Origin: an uncultured Gammaproteobacteria bacterium
GTDB lineage: Bacteria > Patescibacteriota > Microgenomatia > UBA1406
Direction of reading: 5' to 3'
NCBI GenBank assembly: GCA_964358525.1
Contig: CAYHPU010000001.1
Location: forward strand, 1 to 48,596
DNA: 48,596 bases
The number at the start of each line of letters is the position of its first letter. Position 1 is the stretch's first letter. This document shows positions 44,426 through 48,596 of the stretch, one piece after another. Under the pieces are notes generated by a model. It saw only the letters and a list, made by a program, of their open reading frames with translations. It ran no database searches and was not told where the DNA came from. A program made the translations under genes and the position numbers.

Positions 44426-45524
44426 GGCCACCCACAACCCCGAGTAACAATTGATTCTGGATTAAAGTGAGTGAGTAGTGGTCGAATAATCCAGTAAGGA
44501 GAATTACCAAAACAGATGGCACTAGAAGATATTTTAGTAGATCTTTAAATTTCCAAAGCAAAATCAAAACAACAACACTTCCCCATTCATAGACAAATAA
44601 AAGATAAATGTTATGCACCGGCTGTGGGGTAAAGCGAAAAGAAGAGGGTATTAAATAATTACCAAGCCCGTTTCCGAATAACATTGTTTGTAGAGATGTA
44701 AAAGACATGTTCCAATCGGCAACACGGTCACTTATTGAAAAAGGAGCGCCCTTCCACATAAAAGTAAATATAACCAGCCACAAACAAAAAATACTTTGTG
44801 CAACTAAACACACAGTACACTTTTTAGATTTCAAAAGCGCACGGGTAAAGATAAAAAGAGCAAGAATTACAATGGTGTTTCGGGAAAAAGAGAGAAGAAT
44901 TATCAGTAGAGAAAATAGAGGAACAAGTGGAATAGATAAGGACGAGACAAGGGTATACACGACCAGGAAAAATCCAGCAAGAGAATTGGGGTGGGAAAAG
45001 GTTGCGTAGGGACGGAGGATTTTAATCCCTTGGATAGATATGGTTGAAATATCGGGGCCTGTTATTGAAAAAAATCGTTCACCTAAAAACCACCACAATC
45101 CTTGTAATGAACCCTGGTTGAGAATTTGTGAAACGGCAAGAGCAAGAGAATAGACTGAGGCACAGACGAGTCCATAGAAAAACCATCTTTTTTGCTGGTC
45201 AGTGACGTGTGAAAACACAAATATAGCAAGTCCGATCTGTGTATACTGCCACAACCGATAAAACCACAATAGTCCGTTGTTTGAAATAATAAAATTGAAA
45301 GTGAGAAAAAGAAGAATAGGGATTATAAATTCAATTTTTGATTTTAAAATTTGATATTTACTATTTACTATTTGATATATAACAAGAAACAATAAAATGA
45401 TACTGCTCAAATAAATCGTTGGCGCAAGATAATCAACCCGAATGCCATTTATATATGAGAATGAAAACCAAAAATGTTTGCCTAGTTGTGTCGGAAGAAG
45501 TAGTCCAAATATAAAGAAGCCCAC
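44385..45524 (-). CDS. O-antigen ligase-like (Wzy_C) polytopic membrane protein
   Basis: RPYATFSHPNSLAGFFLV motif and 10 or more TM helices. The start is uncertain: I chose GTG 45524, just past repeat copy C. The track's 45662 start would overlap alaS. Confidence 0.7.
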   Translation of the reverse strand: MGFFIFGLLLPTQLGKHFWFSFSYINGIRVDYLAPTIYLSSIILLFLVIYQIVNSKYQILKSKIEFIIPILLFLTFNFIISNNGLLWFYRLWQYTQIGLAIFVFSHVTDQQKRWFFYGLVCASVYSLALAVSQILNQGSLQGLWWFLGERFFSITGPDISTISIQGIKILRPYATFSHPNSLAGFFLVVYTLVSSLSIPLVPLFSLLIILLSFSRNTIVILALFIFTRALLKSKKCTVCLVAQSIFCLWLVIFTFMWKGAPFSISDRVADWNMSFTSLQTMLFGNGLGNYLIPSSFRFTPQPVHNIYLLFVYEWGSVVVLILLWKFKDLLKYLLVPSVLVILLTGLFDHYSLTLIQNQLLLGVVGGLTLGSIPILKKKS

Positions 45525-45570
45525 AACCCTAACCCAACTACTTACTAACGGCTTTACCTTAACCCTAACC
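45521..45570 (-). repeat. TTAGGG-like G-rich dispersed repeat, copy C (G-rich on minus strand)
   Basis: Minus strand GGTTAGGGTTAAGGTAAAGCCGTTAGTAAGTAGTTGGGTTAGGGTTGTGG. Its first GGTTAG contains the alaS stop codon. Confidence 0.75.
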
Positions 45571-47403
45571 AAATCTAGCATATATTCTCCGCACCCCTTT
45601 TCCCACACTCTCTTGTTTGTAAATTGACAAAGTAGGAGAAAGTTCAGACAAATTCGAAACATGTGGTCCGCCGCAAAATTCTTTACTGAACGCTGTTTTA
45701 ATATCGTTCCCTATAAAATATACTTTCACTTTTTCTCCATATTTTTCTTTAAAAAAATGGAGGGCTCCTGTTTTTTCTGCTTCTTCTTTGGGGAGTATTA
45801 CAAACTGCACCGGCAATTTTTTCTGAATAGTTTCATTTGCGAGTGCCTCTATTTTTTTTATCTCATGATCGGCAAGGGGGAAATCGTGCGAAAAATCAAA
45901 TCTCAATCGCTCGTTAGTAATATTACTTCCCTGTTGTTGTATATGAGGGCCAAGAACTGTCCGCATAGATTGATGTAATACGTGCGTTGCGGTATGAAGT
46001 TGTACAACTTCAGTACTGTGGTCAGCGAGTCCTCCTTTAAATTTTTGTTCGGCGCCTTTTCGAGAAAGGTCCTGGTGTTTCTTCTTATACTGTTCGTAGG
46101 CAGTAAGATGTTTTTTTTTATCGGTGATATGAATATTGTGTTCCACCAGTTCTTCAAGAGACATCTCTGGAGGAAACCCGATCGACTGGTATAAGTCGAA
46201 AATGTATTGTGCGGCAACGTTAGGATTTTCTAATTTTGTACCATGGTGCTGAATTATACGCTGTAGTTCGCGTTGTCCATTAATAAGTGTCATGGAAAAT
46301 TTTTGCTCCTCGTCGGCAAATAATGTTTTAATCTCACTTTGTTTAGTAGACAACTCAGGATAGAGCCACGAGAACAAGGTACAAACAGTATCGACAAGGT
46401 TGACACTAATTCCTTTTTCAATTCCAAGAACTCTTCCTGTTCGTACCATGCGACGAAGGATTCTTCGCAGGAAGTATCCTTGGTCTTTATTAGAAGGGAC
46501 CACTCCATCCATTGCCATAATAGTGATGCTTCGGATATGATCGGCCAATGTTCTCATGGCGCGCTTTGTTTTTTCGTTTTCATAGTAGTCTTTACCACTG
46601 AGAGATTGAATCTTCTCGATAATAGGCCAAAACATGTCCGTTTCAAAGATGTCTTGTTTACCTTGGCAAACAAGCGCGATCCTTTCGAGTCCGCCACCGA
46701 AGTCAACATTATTTTGAGGGAGCTGTGCCCATCCGTTTCCCTCAATTCTTCTGTATTGCATAAAAACAGTATTACCAATCTCCAAAAATTCTTCTTCGTG
46801 TTTTGAAGGATCTTTCCCCTCGCCAGAACCAGTCCCTAAATAATAATAAATTTCGCTATCTGGCCCGCCAAGTTCACCAACGACTTCTCCGCGTTGCCAC
46901 CAATTTTTGTCTCGTCCACACGTATAGATTCGTTTGTTTTCTTTTGCACTGATTTTGTACTTTGCAAAAATATCTTTAATAATTTCTATAGATTCAATAT
47001 CTCTGGGCGCGTATCTATCTCCTTCAAAAACGGTGGCAAAGATGCGCTGAGGATCTAGTCCGAGCTCATCGATCAAAAAACCATAGATCCAACCCAATTG
47101 CTCTTTTTTAAAATAATCGCCGAGGCTCCAATTTCCAATCATATGAAACATGGTGGTGTGGCGGTTGTCTCCAACTTCTTCTAGGTCTTCCTGAAACCGA
47201 CCAGCTCGCTGTACATTCATAAGACGTTTTCCGAGTGGATGTTGCTCGCCAGACAAATAGGGTCCCAAGGGAAACATACCACAGTTAACAAAAAGGAGGG
47301 TCGAATCTCCTTCGGGGACAAGGGACATGTTAGAAATCTGTATATGGCCATTACTCTGATATAGTGCGAAGTATTTTTTAAGAATATCTTGAGAAGATAA
47401 CAT
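45565..47403 (-). CDS. alaS: alanine--tRNA ligase, short form lacking the C-Ala domain
   Basis: Catalytic core FVNCGM...RHTTMFHMIGNWSLGDYFK. Editing-domain motifs HTATHVLH and CGGPHV lie near the C-terminus. 612 aa. Confidence 0.9.
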   Translation of the reverse strand: MLSSQDILKKYFALYQSNGHIQISNMSLVPEGDSTLLFVNCGMFPLGPYLSGEQHPLGKRLMNVQRAGRFQEDLEEVGDNRHTTMFHMIGNWSLGDYFKKEQLGWIYGFLIDELGLDPQRIFATVFEGDRYAPRDIESIEIIKDIFAKYKISAKENKRIYTCGRDKNWWQRGEVVGELGGPDSEIYYYLGTGSGEGKDPSKHEEEFLEIGNTVFMQYRRIEGNGWAQLPQNNVDFGGGLERIALVCQGKQDIFETDMFWPIIEKIQSLSGKDYYENEKTKRAMRTLADHIRSITIMAMDGVVPSNKDQGYFLRRILRRMVRTGRVLGIEKGISVNLVDTVCTLFSWLYPELSTKQSEIKTLFADEEQKFSMTLINGQRELQRIIQHHGTKLENPNVAAQYIFDLYQSIGFPPEMSLEELVEHNIHITDKKKHLTAYEQYKKKHQDLSRKGAEQKFKGGLADHSTEVVQLHTATHVLHQSMRTVLGPHIQQQGSNITNERLRFDFSHDFPLADHEIKKIEALANETIQKKLPVQFVILPKEEAEKTGALHFFKEKYGEKVKVYFIGNDIKTAFSKEFCGGPHVSNLSELSPTLSIYKQESVGKGVRRIYARFG

Positions 47404-47409
47404 GGAGCT

Positions 47410-47418
47410 ATTCTAACA
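47410..47418 (-). promoter_or_regulatory. extended -10 (TGtTAGAAT) 6 nt upstream of the alaS ATG
   Basis: Minus strand TTTGTTAGAAT-AGCTCC-ATG. No SD. Confidence 0.5.
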
Positions 47419-47432
47419 AAGCGGTCTCATTC

Positions 47433-47504
47433 TGTCATCCCGGATTTATTCCGGGATCTGTTTCTGTGTCATCCTCGCGTCCACCAACTGGCGGAGCGGG
47501 GATC
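47433..47504. repeat. two tandem palindromic units with shared flanks TGTCATCC...GGGATC
   Basis: Unit 1 (47433-47458): ATCCCGGA-tttat-TCCGGGAT, a perfect 8-bp stem. Unit 2 (47467-47504): outer stem ATCCTCGC/GCGGGGAT plus inner stem TCC(A)CC/GG(C)GGA. Confidence 0.75.
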
Positions 47505-47513
47505 TATCTTTTT

Positions 47514-48248
47514 CTACGCTTTACTCCACTCCCCGAACCCATTATCGCCAGGATACAACACATATTCTTCTTTTCTCTTTTCATCTTTGATGATTTCTAC
47601 TAGTTTGCTTATTACCCACTCAACAGGAAAATAGGCGCGTCCTTTTTGTGCCGCTTCCTTTTTCTCCTCAATAGTCATTCCACCAAAATTAGTGAGCGTA
47701 CTCCCGAGGGTTATTAAGCAAAAATGTGGCTTTGTATCTTTGTATTCCTCGTTTAGACAAAGTGAAAGTCCGCGAAGTGCGAATTTGGTTGTTGCGTATA
47801 AACTGCGAGAGCGTTGGGGAATTACCCCAGCACCAGAGCCAATATTTAGAACGAGTGACACCTCAGATTTTTCTAGATTTGGTATTAAATTTTTGGTCAA
47901 TATAAATGCCGCCGTAAGGTTAGTATTGAGAGATATATTCCACTCCTCGAGGGTAGCGTCTTTAATGGACTTGTATATTCCTATTCCTGCGGCGTTACAA
48001 AGCATGTCGATTGTACCGACCGTTTTAAGTTTCTCAGAAAGTTCGATAACATTTTGTTGACTTGTAAAGTCACAAGCATAAACTCGGTGCTTTCCCCCAA
48101 GCGAAGAATTGAGCAAGTCAAGTTTTTGTTTATCACGACCAACAAGAACAAGACTAGCGCCCTCGCTATTCAATTTCTCAGAAAGTGCGCTACCAATTCC
48201 ACCCGTCGCACCAGTAATCAAAACTACTTTATTATTGATCGAAATCAT
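47514..48248 (-). CDS. short-chain dehydrogenase/reductase (SDR) family oxidoreductase
   Basis: TGATGGIGSAL cofactor motif, catalytic YATTKFAL. 244 aa. Confidence 0.9.
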   Translation of the reverse strand: MISINNKVVLITGATGGIGSALSEKLNSEGASLVLVGRDKQKLDLLNSSLGGKHRVYACDFTSQQNVIELSEKLKTVGTIDMLCNAAGIGIYKSIKDATLEEWNISLNTNLTAAFILTKNLIPNLEKSEVSLVLNIGSGAGVIPQRSRSLYATTKFALRGLSLCLNEEYKDTKPHFCLITLGSTLTNFGGMTIEEKKEAAQKGRAYFPVEWVISKLVEIIKDEKRKEEYVLYPGDNGFGEWSKA

Positions 48249-48311
48249 CTTTATGATTTAAACAACTCTATTTAATTAGATATTTTTTAGAAATTAGATT
48301 AATTAGGTTAA

Positions 48312-48596
48312 TTAGAAATTGATGTACTTGATCAACTCTTTTGGTCTAAACAAACACCAGTCGTGGTTTCCTTTAGTATATTTTACTACGGAGTTTTTAA
48401 TTTGTTTATGCATTAATTCTGCATTTTCTTTTGGGAAGAGTTCGTCGCTCTCTCCCCACAAAATAAGAGTAGGAACTTTAATTTTTTCAAAATGGTTAAA
48501 TCCGCTTCTCAATATTTTCTCTATGATTGATATCAACCTTGGATATTCAAAAAACCGTGTAAAAATATTACGAAATAGTTCTTTTTTCATGAGCAT
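48312..48596 (-). CDS. alpha/beta hydrolase, C-terminal fragment (N-terminus beyond window)
   Basis: VPTLILWGESDELFP...GNHDW is typical of the region around the catalytic His of alpha/beta hydrolases. The ORF runs off the window edge. Confidence 0.6.
   Translation of the reverse strand: MLMKKELFRNIFTRFFEYPRLISIIEKILRSGFNHFEKIKVPTLILWGESDELFPKENAELMHKQIKNSVVKYTKGNHDWCLFRPKELIKYINF

Overview
The window reads as a chromosomal segment from a small-genome, AT-leaning bacterium, probably Patescibacteria/CPR. I infer this from gene content: RNase Y, DUF4012, DUF5667, DUF3048 and DUF4446 proteins, many small two-helix pilin-like proteins, GT-C/GT2 envelope glycosyltransferases, and a monoderm-style MacAB without an outer-membrane partner. 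It spans the dnaA-dnaN replication-origin region. Housekeeping genes include murI, tdk, rplY, secDF, recA, comFC, rny, hup, rpsA, dprA, miaA and alaS. I saw no rRNA, tRNA, CRISPR array, transposase, integrase or prophage block.

Observations worth a second look:
1. A 1,172-codon membrane-anchored fibre/adhesin gene is interrupted by one in-frame TGA inside its carbohydrate-binding module. A tight operon of five small membrane-anchored proteins follows it.
2. Five TrbC/VirB2-like pilin paralogues lie in two inverted clusters around rny-hup-rpsA. One cluster is linked to three unknown membrane proteins, and no secretion ATPase is present.
3. A 192-aa PIN-like protein has the length and Asp spacing of protein-only RNase P (HARP).
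4. A dispersed TTAGGG-like, G-quadruplex-capable repeat of about 27-50 nt fills three intergenic spacers.
5. At 15 or more gene starts a -10 box, often TGn-extended, sits 6-8 nt before the ATG with no Shine-Dalgarno. This points to widespread leaderless mRNAs, whereas hup and rpsA have classical leaders with an SD.
6. An inverted pair of heptad-repeat arrays lies upstream of a pilin promoter.

All family assignments come from reading motifs by eye. No HMM, BLAST or folding computation was run, and GC content and skew were not calculated.
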